A stretch of 64,000 nucleotides of DNA, from contig JAHHIM010000018.1 in the NCBI GenBank assembly GCA_019358915.1, forward strand, positions 20,809 to 84,808. Reading direction: 5' to 3'. Source of the stretch: Trichormus sp. ATA11-4-KO1 (GTDB taxonomy: Bacteria; Cyanobacteriota; Cyanobacteriia; Cyanobacteriales; Nostocaceae). The notes beneath the pieces were generated by a model. It did not search any database, was not told the DNA's origin, and worked only from the letters and a program-made list of their open reading frames with translations. The position numbers and the translations under genes are program-made. Shown here piece by piece: positions 63,869 to 64,000 of this stretch (position 1 is its first letter; every line of letters begins with the position of its first letter).

Positions 63869-64000
63869 TTATTGTTGATGAGGACGAACTCTACCTGCGA
63901 GTGCTTGAATCAGTAAATCATGCTTTTTTCGCATGGTTCCTTTTGCCAAGTCCGCCATTAGTTCAGGACTAGCGCTACCTTCAACAATCGCAGCTAGCAT
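63869..64000 (-). mobile_element. IS110-family transposase fragment (enters from the window edge, ends prematurely)
   Basis: MLAAIVEG..PELMADLAKGTMRKKHDLLIQALAGRVRPHQQ* resembles the IS110 middle region, but stops before the C-terminal domain. Confidence 0.7.

Overview
This is a chromosomal window from a heterocyst-forming (Nostoc/Anabaena-like) cyanobacterium, judged by frequent HIP1 octamers (GCGATCGC), heptamer STRR tracts and the gene content. Most of it is conserved housekeeping: serS, pex, ccb1, a Hik2-like kinase, sbcC, a Ycf46-like ATPase, a class V aminotransferase, mnmE, a BchH/ChlH paralogue, mntCAB with ManR boxes, nurA, cbiET, cobK and hemB. Accessory material comprises a vapC gene split by a 127-bp MITE, a cas-less 11-repeat CRISPR array, an MNT-HEPN toxin-antitoxin pair, several deletion scars and a truncated IS110 at the right edge. 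RNA and regulatory elements include a cobalamin riboswitch, a probable PsrR1-like sRNA, a Zur box before a Zn-independent hemB, and an unrecognised structured, terminator-containing leader upstream of the aminotransferase. The best candidates for undescribed systems are (i) the two-component system + DUF1611 NTPase + ABC exporter + secreted beta-solenoid + SLH-porin module (37-44.5 kb), (ii) the aminotransferase leader RNA, and (iii) a divergent sucrose synthase + GH65-betaPGM fusion cluster sitting among cobalamin genes. All family calls come from motif recognition by eye; no database searches were run.
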